Numbered from the stretch's first letter, positions 12,601 to 27,803 are shown. The stretch: 64,000 nucleotides of DNA from Macrostomum hystrix (GCA_950097015.1 CATNEN010000003.1:14384001-14448000), one strand, 5' to 3'. Numbers and translations: made by a program. Notes: generated by a model not told the origin, from the sequence alone.

Positions 12601-12973
12601 ATGTTCATAAATACAGAGACCTGCATTTATTAATAAATCAACTAGTGCTCTGTTATTTACCATTCACTTGGTTGGCAAAGGTGACCCAGGTACCCAGGCC
12701 GATGCTAGACACCCTTAGACCAGTTCGACCTAGATAATTATAGTGCTGCTTTGCGTCCAAGCGGAACAGACCATCGGGCTGTTGCTTCGGCTGCTGCTGT
12801 TGCGGCAACTGCCTCTGTCTTTCTTCCATCGGTCTCGAGGGCAGCGAATAGTGATAGATCATAGTTGATGGCGATGAGGACTGGGAGGCGTAGGCGGCGC
12901 GCCTCGCTGAGCTGCTGGCTGGCGATGAGGAAAATCTGGCGTCGGGTAAGTGACGCTCTTTGATCACCTCCAT
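9652..12973 (-). CDS. KCNAB: Voltage-gated potassium channel beta subunit (aldo-keto reductase fold; KCNAB/Hyperkinetic family), 5 coding exons, ~419 aa
   Basis: Exons 12973-12661, 11971-11602, 11443-11204, 10588-10326, 9725-9652, all GT-AG with consistent phase. Motifs [77 protein letters not shown]. Last exon is the least certain. Confidence 0.93.
9830..10260. repeat. ~32-bp minisatellite (TTAATCCCTCGCCTTCTTAATCCTCCATCCCG)n in the last Kv-beta intron
   Basis: Direct periodicity. Confidence 0.9.
10620..11165. repeat. Degenerate AT-rich ~33-bp array built around the palindrome TATCGATCGATA (Kv-beta intron)
   Basis: Recurrent ATCGATCGAT cores at roughly regular spacing. Confidence 0.8.
12025..12490. 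repeat. 29-30-bp minisatellite (CCATGTTCCCAAATCCCCAAATTTAAGGTA)n (Kv-beta intron)
   Basis: Direct periodicity. Confidence 0.92.
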
Positions 12974-13034
12974 GCCTGCTGAATCGATCACCGTTCTGTT
13001 TGAAAATGGGGTAGGAATGACTAAAAAGTACATA

Positions 13035-13410
13035 GAGGCGTGAGGTGGGTGTTTTGAGGGTTTTGAAATGAGAGGCGAGAAATAGCCTAGTGGCGTGGGG
13101 TTGTTGTCTGAAGGGTTAGAGGTCAGAACAGATAACCCTGAGTGGCGTGAGGTGGTTGTCGTCAGGGATAGGAATGAAAGACGAAAAACTGCTTAGTGGC
13201 GTGGGGTGGGTGCCGTAAGGGTTTGGAAATGAAAGACGAGAAATAGCCGAGTGGCGTGGGGTTGTTGTCTGAAGGGTTAGAAATCAGACAAGACAACCCT
13301 GAGGGGCATCGTCAGGGTTAGGAATGAGAGACGAAAACGCTGGATGGCGTGAGGTGGATTTCCGTATGGTTTAAAAATGACGGACGAAAAACATCCGAGG
13401 GGCGTGAAAC
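13035..13410. repeat. Highly degenerate ~53-bp array with a GGCGTGAGGTGGGTGT-like core
   Basis: Recurrent GTGGCGTG(A/G)GG motifs. Confidence 0.65.
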
Positions 13411-14563
13411 GGGTAAAAATCATCAGAGTAGAAAAGGGGCTGATGCACGAATTGAAAATTCATGTAGAAAGCAAACGTAATGTAATTTAATTTTAACTCA
13501 CCACATTTACCTATAATATAACTACGACCAACCGCCAAAATTTAAACGACTGTTTAATCCAAAACCAAGCAATACTTCGTACATACCATGGCTATATATG
13601 AAGCCAAAAAATAGCCTAGGAAAATCATTGGTCCATCGGGCTAAAGCCTCTAGGAAAAAAATGAACGCCGTGGCAAGGCAACTCTTTTTGGGATCTGAGA
13701 GAGAGAGACCTAGTGGGTAGAGATCTGAGTTGACTGACTCTGAGGCTACACTGTGTTGGGAAGAGAAAAAAATGCTATCTGGTACCCAGTCACACAATTA
13801 TAGGCCTGAATTTTTCATTAATAATTCTGCATCCTGGACCCTCTGTCTCTGAGGGTGCCGCCTAAATGTAATGTATGAGGCTAGGCTAGCTATATTAACG
13901 GTTCGCTTGTTTGCTTCCAACCAACTCACTCGCCCGCCCAGCTTGGCAACAACAGTTTTTATGAAATTAATTTTCAAACATTGCCTTCTGCCAAACTGAC
14001 TGCTCCGTTCTTGGGGGTGAGGATAAAATACCGTTTCTAAATCCCGATTCTTGCCCAGTGCACAAGCAGCACTCAGTGAAAAAGCTGAAACGTCATTCCT
14101 GGTTTGTTCTGTTTGCGATACCTATCATATCTTGCAGTATAACAAAATCAAAGTAATGCGGAACAGTGACTCCGGGCGTAAATCCTCCAGCGAAAAAGTC
14201 TTACGAAGAGTGGCAGTAAAATACGGATTGGGTTAATTTACTTGCAAAATTAACAAAACTTTGAATGGAACGACATGGAACAGACTAGAGACATTGAACC
14301 AATTCAGAAAGAATTATCCGATCTGCGATTAGACAATAATATTTGCTAGGTTGACGCGAGATAAAGATTAAAGATGCACGAACAAGTTGGAATGTGAAAT
14401 ATTGTTGCCTTAATCACTTTGTTGTTGACCTTCCCATTATAAAAACAGATCCCTAGATGTTTTTTAAACTGAGGGAATTCAAACTGAGTTATCCTATTGT
14501 GGTTATCTTATTACATAGAAGCCAGTGACATGATTTTTTTGCTCAGTGATTTTGGCCATAGAC

Positions 14564-15932
<1,369 letters not shown>

Positions 15933-16374
15933 ATGCTGATTATTGTTTTTCAGGTTCTCTTACTATGACAAAATACTTTTTTTAGCAGAAAGACAATTGA
16001 AGGTTCTCTAAAAAGTTAAAGATAAAGGAGTAATTTGATTGTACTCGTAAAAATGACAATAAATAAAGGGTGTTTTTTTGTTGCATAGTGTCCATATGCT
16101 GTTTTTCTACACAATGAAGGCTCGTTATCAGCATTGCTGTATTGCTTTTTTTCTGCACGTGCTTTCCGTTGTTAAATCTATTGAACTCACCATTAGTGAG
16201 AAATTTGCAAGTGTGTTTATGACTACGGACGAAACATTTAGGCTAGTTAAATGCATTCAATATAAAGATACCGAATGTCGAAATATATATTCTATACTGA
16301 TATTTTAGGCGGAATAACTATTTCGGCGTCTTAATTGTTTTTAAGGTAAGCCTGGAACTAAAAACCAAGGAAAT

Positions 16375-17870
16375 TTAGTAGTAGTAGTGGTTGTAGTAGT
16401 AGAGTAGTAGTATTAGTTGCACTAGTAGTAGTAACAGCAGCAGCAGTAGTATTAGTTGCAGTAGTAGTAGTTAGTAACAGCAGCAGCAGTAGTATTAGTT
16501 GTAGTAGTAGTAGTAGTAACAGCAGCAGCAGTAGCATTAGTTGTAGTAGTAGTAGTTAGTAAAAGCAGCAGCAGTAGTATTAGTTGTAGTAGTAGTAGTA
16601 ACAGCAGCAGCAGTAGTATTAGTTGTAGTAGTAGTAGTAACAGCAGCAGCAGTAGTATTAGTTGTAGTAGTAGTAGTAACAGCAGCAGCAGTAGTATTAG
16701 TTGCAGTAGTAGTAGTAACAGCAGCAGCAGTAGTATTAGTTGTAGTAGTAGTAGTAGTAACAGCAGCAGCAGTAGTATTAGTTGTAGTAGTAGTAGTAAC
16801 AGCAGCAGCAGTAGTATTAGTTGTAGTAGTAGTAGTAACAGCAGCAGCAGTAGTATTAGTTGTAGTAGTAGTAGTAACAGCAGCAGCAGTAGTATTAGTT
16901 GTAGTAGTAGTAGTAGTAACAGCAGCAGCAGTAGTATTAGTTGTAGTAGTAGTAGTAACAGCAGCAGCAGTAGTATTAGTTGTAGTAGTAGTAGTAACAG
17001 CAGCAGCAGTAGTATTAGTTGTAGTAGTAGTAGTAACAGCAGCAGCAGTAGTATTAGTTGTAGTAGTAGTAGTAGTAACAGCAGCAGCAGTAGTATTAGT
17101 TGTAGTAGTAGTAGTAACAGCAGCAGCAGTAGTATTAGTTGCAGTAGTAGTAGTAACAGCAGCAGCAGTAGTATTAGTTGTAGTAGTAGTAGTAACAGCA
17201 GCAGCAGTAGTATTAGTTGTAGTAGTAGTAGTAACAGCAGCAGCAGTAGTATTAGTAGTAGTAGTAGTTAGTAACAGCAGCAGCAGTAGTATTAGTTGTA
17301 GTAGTAGTAGTTAGTAACAGCAGCAGCAGTAGTATTAGTTGTAGTAGTAGTAGTAACAGCAGCAGCAGTAGTATTAGTTGTAGTAGTAGTAGTAACAGCA
17401 GCAGCAGTATGTTAGTTGTAGTAGTAGTAGTAACAGCAGCAGCAGTAGTATTAGTTGTAGTAGTAGTAGTAACAGCAGCAGCAGTAGTGTTAGTTGTAGT
17501 AGTAGTAGTAACAGCAGCAGCAGTAGTATTAGTTGTGGTAGTAGTAGTAACAGCAGCAGCAGTAGTATTAGTTGTAGTAGTAGTAGTAACAGCAGCAGCA
17601 GTAGTATTAGTTGTAGTAGTAGTAGTAACAGCAGCAGCAGTAGTATTAGTTGTAGTAGTAGTAGTAACAGCAGCAGCAGTAGTATTAGTTGTAGTAGTAG
17701 TAGTAACAGCAGCAGCAGTAGTATTAGTTGTAGTAGTAGTAGTAACAGCAGCAGCAGTAATATTAGTTGTAGTAGTAGTAGTAACAGCAGCAGCAGTAGT
17801 ATTAGTTGTAGTAGTAGTTAGTAACAGCAGCAGCAGTAGTATTAGTTGTAGTAGTAGTAGTAACTGTAGT
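16375..17870. repeat. Compound trinucleotide minisatellite, 39-42-bp unit (GTA)4-6ACA(GCA)3GTAGTATTAGTT
   Basis: Direct periodicity. Confidence 0.95.
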
Positions 17871-18156
17871 ACCATCGGAACGCACATCAGCAAGTAATAA
17901 AATTTATAATTCTCAGTCGTCTATGGCCCAAAGACTAAACCAAAGCAATAGATAAAAGCTGCAGTACATACAAATTATATATTTATTCGGCTCATCCTAA
18001 AGTGCAATCGTATTGCCAGCCAGTCAGTCAGTCAGACATATTTCAATGGCGCCAAGATATCTTAAAGCATTGTTCAGCGAAAATATTTTAGTTTGTCATT
18101 TTCGAATAGAGCAACTTTTCATTCCGACGTCGCGCCCGATTCAGGAAGCCGTCTTC

Positions 18157-19949
18157 ATGCTTCTGTTGACTGTCCTGACTCTGTTAATAGCCATCTCAGG
18201 CTCCTTCGGCGGAGGTCTCGAAGCTGGCGTTGGCTACGCTGACATCACCGGACCAGCGGCTGAAGTACCAATGGTGAATCATTTTGACTAATGCTTTTCG
18301 TTTTAGTGATAGTTTTATCGATTCATAAACCTATAGATTGATCCATCTAAGAGTCAATCAGGAAATCAATAAGTTAGGCAGCAAATTTGTCTGCCATTTA
18401 ATAAATGAATCATGAGATCGACAAATCGAACAGTTTATCAATCAATTTTTCGATCAAGCAATCAGTCAATCAACCGACCAATCAACCAATTAGTCAGTCA
18501 AACAATCAAATCTATCTATATATCTTTGAATCAGTCAGTCAGTCAGTCAATCAATCAATCAGTCAACCAGTCAATCTATCAGTAGGTCAATCAAGTGCCT
18601 AACCAATCAGTAGGTCAATCAAGTGCCTAAACAATCAGGCAGTAGGTCAATCAAGTGCCTAACCAATCAATCAGTAGGTCAATCAAGTGCCTAACCAATC
18701 AGTCAGTAGGTCAATCAAGTGCCTAACCAATCAATCAGTAGGTCGATCAAGTGCATAACCAATCAATCAGTAGGTCAATCAAGTGCCTAACCAACCAATC
18801 AGTAGGTCAATCAAGTGCATAACCAATCTATCAGTAGGTCAATCAAGTGCATAACCAATAAGTCAGTAGGTCAATCAAGTGCCTAACCAATCAATCAGTA
18901 GGTCAATCAAGTGCCTAACCAACCAATCAGTAGGTCAATCAAGTGCCTAACCAATCAATCAGTAGGTCGATCAAGTGCCTAACCAATCAATCAGTAGGTC
19001 AATCAAGTGCCTAACCAATCAATCAGTAGGTCAATCAAGTGCCTAACCAATCAATCAGTAGGTCAATCAAGTGCATTACCAATCAATCAGTAGGTCAATC
19101 AAGTGCCTAACCAATCAGGCAGTAGGTCAATCAAGTGCATAACCAATCAGGCAGTAGGTCAATCAAGTGCCTAACCAATCAATCAGTAGGTCAATCAAGT
19201 GCCTAACCAATCAATCAGTAGGTCAATCAAGTGCATTACCAATCAATCAGTAGGTCAATCAAGTGCATAACCAATCAATCAGTAGGTCAATCAAGTGCAT
19301 AACCAATCAATCAGTAGGTCAATCAAGTGCATAACCAATCAATCAGTAGGTTAATCAAGTGCATAACCAATCAGGCAGTAGGTCAATCAAGTGCATAACC
19401 AATCAATCAGTAGGTCAATCAAGTGCCTAACCAATCAATCAGTAGGTCAATCAAGTGCCTAACCACTCAGGCAGTAGGTCAATCAAGTGCCTAACCAATC
19501 AATCAGTAGGTCAATCAAGTGCCTAACCACTCAGGCAGTAGGTCAATCAAGTGCCTAACCAATCAATCAGTAGGTCAATCAAGTGCCTAACCAATCAATC
19601 AGTAGGTCAATCAAGTGCCTAACCAATCAATCAGTAGGTCAATCAAGTGCCTAACCAATCAATCAGTAGGTCAATCAAGTGCCTAACCAATCAATCAGTA
19701 GGTCAATCAAGTGCCTAACCAATCAATCAGTAGGTCAATCAAGTGCCTAACCAATCAATCAGTAGGTCAATCAAGTGCATAACCAATCAATCAGTAGGTC
19801 GATCAAGTGCATAACCAATCAATCAGTCAGTCAGCCAGTCAGTATATCAATAAAAAAAGCAATCAAACAACCAGGCAATCAATCAGTTATTCAACCATTC
19901 AAACAATCAATCAACAAATCAGTCAAACAACCAATTAACAAATCATTCG

Positions 19950-20013
<64 letters not shown>

Positions 20014-20142
20014 CCAATCAACCAATTAATCTATCAATAATTCAACCAATCAATCAATTAAACAGTCAATCAATCAATCAATCAATCAACCAATCAATCA
20101 ATCAAACAGTCAATCAACCAATCAAGCAATCAATCAATCAGT

Positions 20143-20185
<43 letters not shown>

Positions 20186-23100
20186 ACTCCAGATGGGCTA
20201 TGCTGAGGCCTCCCAGAAGACAGCGGGCATTCACATGCGCCTATTCGCCAGGGCGTTCGCATTTCGCGACAGGGAGGGACGCACCGCCGCCTTTGTCAAC
20301 GTGGATGCTGGCATGATCTCTCCCATGATGAAGCTGAAGGTTCTGTTATGATAACTGTTTCTGGATTTTCAAGCATTTTTTAGAATCTATATTTATAGCC
20401 GTGATACTCTCTTTAATTCACCGATTGAAGCAACTTTATGTGGATTGAGTTTATGACAGAATAACGCTATTATAATCGAAGCAGGAATAGCAACTAGAAT
20501 CGAAGCAGGAATAGCAACTAGAATCGAAGCAAGAATAGCAACTAGAATCGAAGCAAGAATAGCAGCTAGAATCGAAGCAGGAATAGTAACTAGAATCGAA
20601 GCAAGAATAGCAGCTAGAATCGAAGCAGGAATAGTAACTAGAATCGAAGCAAGAATAGCAACTAGAATCGAAGCAGGAATAGCAACTAGAATCGAAGCAA
20701 GAATAGCAACTAGAATAGCAACTAGAATCGAAGCAAGAATAGCAACTAGAATCGAAGCAAGAATAGCAACTATAATAGCAACTAGAATCGAAGCAAGAAT
20801 AGCAACTAGAATCGAAGCAGGAATAGCAACTAGAATCGAAGCAGGAATAGCAACTAGAATCGAAGCAGGAATAGCAACTAGAATCGAAGCAAGAATAGCA
20901 ACTAGAATCGAAGCGGGAATAGCAACTAGAATCGAAGCAAGAATAGCAACTAGAATCGAAGCAGGAATAGCAACTAGAATCGAAGCAGGAATAGTAACTA
21001 GAATCGAAGCAAGAATAGCAACTAGAATCGAAGCAAGAATAGCAACTAGAATCGAAGCAAGAATAGCAGCTAGAATCGAAGCGAGAATAGAATGAAAAAT
21101 AAATCTATTAACTTTCATGGAATCCAGATAGAATCGATAGCAATATTTTTCGCAACCTCGCCAAACAGGTAATTGAGATCTTGAAGTCCAAACTTGGCCA
21201 CGCCTACTCCGAGGAAAATGTACTTTTGTCAGCCACCCACACTCACTCCGGTCCGGGCGGATATCACGGCTACACACTCTATGCCATATCTACTCTGGGA
21301 TATTTCTCTGACACGTTCGACACGCTGGCCAACGGTATCGCGAAGGTAATTTGATCAGCTTTTACCAGTGTAAAAAGCAAAATATATCTGTAACTAATAC
21401 TTAAAGATTCCCATTAGACTTTAGATTTCAACTGTCTCCGATCCCTAAATTGTTCCATCGCCATAATTTTCCATTCCTGTAGACATCCCCATAATTTTCC
21501 ATTCCTTTAGATTCTGATCCTCATAATTTTCCATTCCTGTAGATTCTGATCCTCATAATTTCCCAACCCCATAGTTTCCCATTCCCATAGTTTCCCAACC
21601 CCATAGTTTCCCATCCCCATAGTTTCCCATCCCCATAGTTTCCCAACCCCATAGTTTCGCAACCCCATAGTTTCCCATCCCCATAGTTTCCCATCCCCAT
21701 AGTTTCCCAACCCCATAGTTTCCCATCCCCATAGTTTCCCATCCCCATAGTTTCCCATCCCCATAGTTTCCCAACCCCATAGTTTCCCATCCCCATAGTT
21801 TCCCATCCTCATAGTTTCCCATCGCCATAGTTTCGCAACCCCATAGTTTCCCATCCCCATAGTTTCCCATCCCCATAGTTTCCCATCCCCATAGTTTTCC
21901 ATCACCACAGTTTCCCATCCTCAAAGCTACCGATCCCCCAAATTTTCCCGTCCTCATAATTTCCCATTCCCATAGTTCCTCATCCCCATAGTTTCCCATC
22001 CCCATAGTTTCCTATCCCCATAGTTTCCCATCCCCATAGTTCCTCATCCCCATAGTTCCTCATCCCCATAGTTTCCCATCCCCATAGTTCCTCATCCCCA
22101 TAGTTTCCCATCCTCATAGTTTCCCATCCCCATAGTTTCGCAACCCCATAGTTTCCCATCCCCATAGTTCCTCATCCCCATAGTTTCCCATCCCCATAGT
22201 TCCTCATCCCCATAGTTTCCCATCCCCATAGTTTTCCATCTCCAAAGTTTCCCATCCCCATAGTTTCCCATCCCCATAGTTTCCCATCTCCATAGGTTCC
22301 CATCCCCATAGTTCCTCATCCCCATAGTTCCTCATCCCCATAGTTTCCCATCTCGATTTTCCCATCCCAATTTTCCCATCCTTTTGAACTCCAGTCCCCT
22401 TGTTTCACATGCTTGAATTTTTCTAATCCTATCTGAAGTGTCCCAACCCAAAAAATGCCATAATACTTTCCCTAATCCCCATTCTCCCCATCGCCGGTTT
22501 GAAGAGTATCGAGTTGGCGCACGCTTCGCTACGGCCTGCCAAGCTGCTGTTCAATTCGGGACAATTGGACAACTCCGGTGTCAACCGTAGTCCAACCTCT
22601 TATCTGCTCAATCCCGAAGCCGAACGAGCTCAGTATGAGCACAACACCGATCGCGTGATGTCCGTTGTGAAACTGGTCGATGCTAAGACGGGTCAACCAT
22701 TCGGCATGATGAACTGGTTCGCTGTGCATCCGACTAGCATGAACAATACCAACTTGCTTATCAGCGGCGATAACAAAGGATGGGCTGCTCAGGCTAGTAG
22801 AACTTTTTTATAGACTATGGAACTCTGGCCGCTGATTGGCTGGCGGTTAAGTTTAGATTAAAAACATACGTTAGCTTGCAAACTACTCTACTGACAGTAG
22901 AAAAGAAAGGAAAAAGTTAATAAACGACTATGGGGGTGAGTGGCAGTATTAAGGTCCTTCGCATTAAGGTCCCTGAGCTTGATTTCGTGGCGAGGCCACA
23001 TTCATTTTGGGCGCAGTCGCGGAGAGAAGGCTTGGGGGAAGCTTTGAAATGTACTTAATCCCTAATCCCTTATCCGATCGCTGCCAGGTTTTCGAACGCT

Positions 23101-26100
23101 ACATGGATCATCAGTCAGGTTTCCCCAATCTGCCCGGTGGTCAGAAGTTCGTGGCCTCATTTGCCAACGCCAACGAAGGGGATGTCAGTCCCAACACAGC
23201 TGGGCCTCGATGCATCAATACCGGAGAGCCATGCGACATTGCTACCAGCACCTGCGGCGGCAGTGCCAAGCATTGCATCGCGTTCGGACCCGGAAAGGAT
23301 ATGCTGGACAGCACTAGGATTATCGGATTGAAGCAGTACGGCAGGGCTATGGTGAGATCAGGGGACTGATAATTATAATACCTTATAATACCTAATTAAC
23401 ATGATTTAACCTTAACTTAACCTTCTTAACTTCTTAACACAATACCCTCATTAGAATCGATAATCCACTTTCATCAGAATCGATAATCCACTCTCATCAG
23501 AATCGATAATCCACTCTCATCAGAATCGATAATCCGCTCTCATTAAAATTGATAATGCACTCTCATCAAAGTCAATAACCCAATCTAATCAGAATCGATA
23601 ATCCACTCTCATCAGAATCGATAATCCGCTCTCATCAGAATCGATAATCCGCTCTCATCAGAATCGATAATCCGCTCTCATCAGAATCGATAATCCACTC
23701 TCATCAGAATCGATAATCCGCTCTCATTAAAATTGATAATGCACTCTCATCAGAATCGATAATCCGCTCTCATCAGAATCGATAATCCACTCTCATCAGA
23801 ATCGATAATCCACTCTCATCAGAATCGATAATCCGCTCTCATTAAAATTGATAATGCACTCTCATCAGAATCGATAATCCGCTCTCATCAGAATCGATAA
23901 TCCACTCTCATCAGAATCGATAATCCACTCTCATCAGAATCGATAATCCACTCTCATTAAAATTGATAATGCACTCTCATCAAAGTCAATAACCCAATCT
24001 AATCAGAATCGATAATCCACTCTCATCAGAATCGACAATCCGCTCTCATCAGAATCGATAATCCGCTCTCATCAGAATCGATAATCCGCTCTCATCAGAA
24101 TCGATAATCCACTCTCATCAGAATCGATAATCCGCTCTCATTAAAATTGATAATGCACTCTCATCAGAATCGATAATCCGCTCTCATCAGAATCGATAAT
24201 CCACTCTCATCAGAATCGATAATCCGCTCTCATCAGAATCGATAATCCACTCTCATCAGAATCGATAATCCGCTCTCATTAAAATCGATAATCCACTCTC
24301 ATCATAGTCAATAACCCACTCTCATCAGAATCGATACTTTCAATGATATCGATAATCCCTAGCATTTTACGGGATTTATTGTCTCTCATTTCTATATTCC
24401 GGCCTCAAAACTATTTAAAAAGAACAGCAACAATTCCTCTCAGGAGCTTTTCGATTCAGCTCGCGAGGAGCTGTCAGTTGAGTCGATTGGCTTCGCCCAC
24501 CAGTATGTGGACATGTCCAATCAGCACCTGAAAGTGAACGGCCGACAAGTTCGCACCTGCCCTCCGGCCATGGGATTCAGCTTTGCCGCGGGCACCACCG
24601 ACGGTCCTGGCGGCTTCGACTTCACCCAGGGCGACACGAACGGCAATCCGTTCTGGAATCTGGTCCGAGCGATTCTTAGCAAACCGAATCAGGACCAGAT
24701 TAACTGCCACAGCCCAAAGCCTATCCTGCTGAATACTGGCTTTGTGAGTTCGGCTATGATGTTTGAGCAGTCGGTAGCCATGGACTCTTTTTGATGTTTG
24801 AGCAGTCGGTAACCATGGACTCTTTTTGATGTTTGAGCAGTCGGTAACCATGGACTCTTTATAATGTTTGAGCAGTCGTTAACCATGGACTCTTTATGAT
24901 GTTCGAGTAATTAGTAAACATGGACTCTTTATGATTTTCGAGTAATTAGTAACCATGGACTCTTTATGATGTTCGAGCAATTGGTATCCTTGGACTTTAT
25001 GATGTTCGAGCAATTGGTATCCTTGGACTTTATGATGTTCGAGCAATTGGTATCCTTGGACTTTATGATGTTCGAGTAATTAGTAACCATGGACTCTTTA
25101 TGATGTTCGAGTAATTAGTAACCATGGACTCTTTATGATGTTCGAGTAATTAGTAACCATGGACTCTTTATGATGTTCGAGTAATTAGTAACCATGGACT
25201 CTTTATGATGTTCGAGTAATTAGTAACCATGGACTCTTTATGATGTTCGAGTAATTGGTATCCTTGGACTTTATGATGTTCGAGTAATTAGTAACCATGG
25301 ACTCTTTATGATGTTCGAGTAATTAGTAACCATGGACTCTTTATGATGTTCGAGTAATTGGTATCCTTGGACTCTTTATGATCGAGTAATTAGTAACCAT
25401 GGACTCTTTATGATGTTCGAGTAATTGGTAACCATGGACTCTTTTTGACGTTTGAGTAGTCGGTAACCATGGACTCTATGGTGTTTGAGTAATGATGAGA
25501 CGCCCAATTTGGCACCCATATCCAACCACCCAAATCCTTCACTGGCATTTCAGATGACATTTCCAACTGAATGGCAGCCGAAGGTGATTGAAACGCAGCT
25601 ACTCAAAATCGGTCCCCTGGTGATTGTAGCCCTGCCAGGAGAGTTTACTACAATGTCCGGCCGTAGGGTTCGGAAAGCTGTTCAGAAGGTACTAAACTAT
25701 ATCTAATATCCTTTCTTGTAAGATAAATTTTTAACTTGAATTTCCCATCTAACAATATTTCAGGCATTAGCTGACAATGGCGTGACCGAAGCCAAGGTCA
25801 TATTGTCCGGTGTATCAAATCTGTATTCAAGCTACGTCACCACTTTTGAAGAATATCAGGTGAGGCCTCAATAGAGACTGTTAAACACTGTTACAGACCT
25901 GTTAGACACTGTGATAGATCTGTTAAACACTGGGTTAGATGTGTTAGACACTCTGATAGATCTGTTAGACACTGTGATAGATCTGTTGGGCACTGTGATA
26001 GATATGTTAGACACTGTGATAGATCTGTTAGGCACTGTGATAGATATGTTAGACACTGGGATAGATCTGTTAGACACTGGGATAGATCTGTTAGACACTA

Positions 26101-27803
26101 GGATAGATCTGTTAGATACTGGGATAGATCTGTTAGACACTGGGTTAGATCTGTTAGACACTGGGATAGATCTGTTAGACACTGGGTTAGATCTGTTAGA
26201 CACTGGGATAGATCTGTTAGACACTGGGTTAGATATGTTAGAGACTGGGATAGATCTGTTAGACACTGTGATAGATCTGTTAGACACTGGGATAGATCTG
26301 TTAGTCACTGGGACAGATCTGTTAAACACTGGGTTAGATCTGTTAGACACTGTGATAGATATGTTAGACACTGTGATAGATCTGTTAGGCACTGTGATAG
26401 ATATGTTAGACACTGGGATAGATCTGTTAGACACTGGGATAGATCTGTTAGACACTAGGATAGATCTGTTAGATACTGGGATAGATCTGTTAGACACTGG
26501 GATAGATCTGTTAGACACTGGGTTAGATCTGTTAGACACTGGGATAGATCTGTTAGACACTGGGTTAGATATGTTAGAGACTGGGATAGATCTGTTAGAC
26601 ACTGTGATAGATCTGTTAGACACTGGGATAGATCTGTTAGTCACTGGGACAGATCTGTTAAACACTGGGTTAGATCTGTTAGACACTGTGATAGATCTGT
26701 TAGACACTGTGATAGATCTGTTAGGCACTGTGATAGATATGTTAGACACTGGGTTAGATGTGTTAGACACTGGGTTAGATGTGTTAGACACTGTGATAGA
26801 TCTGTAAGACACTGGGATAGATCCGTTAGACACTGGGTTAGATCTGTTAGACACTGGGATAGATCTGTTAGACACTGGGATAGATCTGTTAGACACTGGG
26901 ATAGATCTGTAAGACACTGGGATATTATCTGCTACATGCTGAGATCAATCTATAAGGCTAATTTTATCAAGAAATCCTCAAACGACAGGCCCAACGCTAC
27001 GAGGCTGCGTCAACGATATTCGGTCCACACACTCTGTCCGCCTATGTGCAGCAGTTTAGCAAATTGGCTGCCGCCCTAGCGACAAACACAGCCATCCAAT
27101 CAGAGATTAGGCCCCCGAATAACCTCGGCTCAATCCGCGGCTGGTCGTTTGTCTCGCCAATTGTCTACGACAGTGTTGGGGTTAATAAAAACTTTGGCGA
27201 TGTTGTTGCACAACCGGCCCCAGTCTATGACGCTGTGAGTTATATAATTTTCTATTTTATTTCAATGCGTGACTACTAGCTGTAATATGTGCCCACAAAT
27301 ATAAATATTATATAAATTTACCAGGGTAACACGGTAGCTGCTAAATTTCGCACCGGCCATCCACGCAACAACATGATGCTTGGCGGCACCTTCCTGCTTG
27401 TGCAGAAGAAGACTGAGAATGGCGGCTGGGTTGACATCTGCAACGACGCCTGCGTTGAGACTCGGTAAGAAAATTGGTATTTTTTCATGCCTGCATTGGT
27501 TTGAAGTAAGATTATCCAAAAAATGCTTTCTGCAGCTTCTCCTGGGTGAGAACTAACGGTGTCCTTGGTCGAAGTGAAGCACACATCGAGTGGGACATTC
27601 CAGCGTGCGCGCAACCAGGCATCTATCGTCTGAAACACTTCGGCTGGTACAAACCTGTTCTGGTCTGGGAGAGCCCGAAATCATTCAGCGGAACGACCAA
27701 TGAGTTCGTCGTAAGAAATTCCCCACTTCGACGTCTTGTACGACGGACTGGATTCACCATTGACGTTATCAATGGAAAAATCGGTGGTGGATGTGCTATG
27801 TGA
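18157..27803 (+). CDS. ASAH2: Neutral ceramidase (N-acylsphingosine amidohydrolase 2 family), 11 exons, ~725 aa, N-terminal signal peptide
   Basis: Exons 18157-18273, 20193-20339, 21169-21345, 22505-22792, 23088-23351, 24444-24743, 25554-25688, 25764-25859, 26989-27234, 27325-27464, 27536-27803 join in frame (2178 nt). Motifs [80 protein letters not shown]. Confidence 0.95.
18575..20182. repeat. 32-bp minisatellite (AATCAATCAGTAGGTCAATCAAGTGCCTAACC)n grading into (AATC)n; ceramidase intron 1
   Basis: Direct periodicity. Confidence 0.95.
20470..21092. repeat. 24-bp minisatellite (TAGAATCGAAGCAAGAATAGCAAC)n; ceramidase intron 2
   Basis: Direct periodicity. Confidence 0.95.
21460..22380. repeat. 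17-bp minisatellite (CCATAGTTTCCCATCCC)n; ceramidase intron 3
   Basis: Direct periodicity. Confidence 0.95.
22968..23040 (+). mobile_element. Fragment of the tRNA-derived SINE (family of 45907-46251) in ceramidase intron 4
   Basis: GGTCCCTGAGCTTGATTTCGTGGCGAGGCCACATTCAT...GAAGGCTTGG aligns to ~45943-46012. Confidence 0.8.
23445..24335. repeat. 23-bp minisatellite (ATCAGAATCGATAATCCACTCTC)n; ceramidase intron 5
   Basis: Direct periodicity. Confidence 0.95.
24755..25490. repeat. 35-bp minisatellite (CTTTATGATGTTCGAGTAATTAGTAACCATGGACT)n; ceramidase intron 6
   Basis: Direct periodicity. Confidence 0.95.
25875..26925. repeat. 21-bp minisatellite (GATAGATCTGTTAGACACTGG)n; ceramidase intron 8
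   Basis: Direct periodicity; accounts for the two spurious antiparallel ORFs. Confidence 0.95.

Noticed and set aside
17252-17893. Mucin/antifreeze-like ORF (TTTTTTNTTAAAV)n
   Set aside because: Translation of a trinucleotide-based array that is frameshifted at several points, shows almost no synonymous variation and has no splice or start context
20393-26917. Long repetitive ORFs ([29 protein letters not shown])
   Set aside because: All lie within ceramidase introns bounded by clear splice sites; they are open only because the units lack stops
27780-27803. CaaX prenylation motif at the ceramidase C-terminus (GGGCAM)
   Set aside because: Cys is at -3 rather than -4 and the protein has a signal peptide
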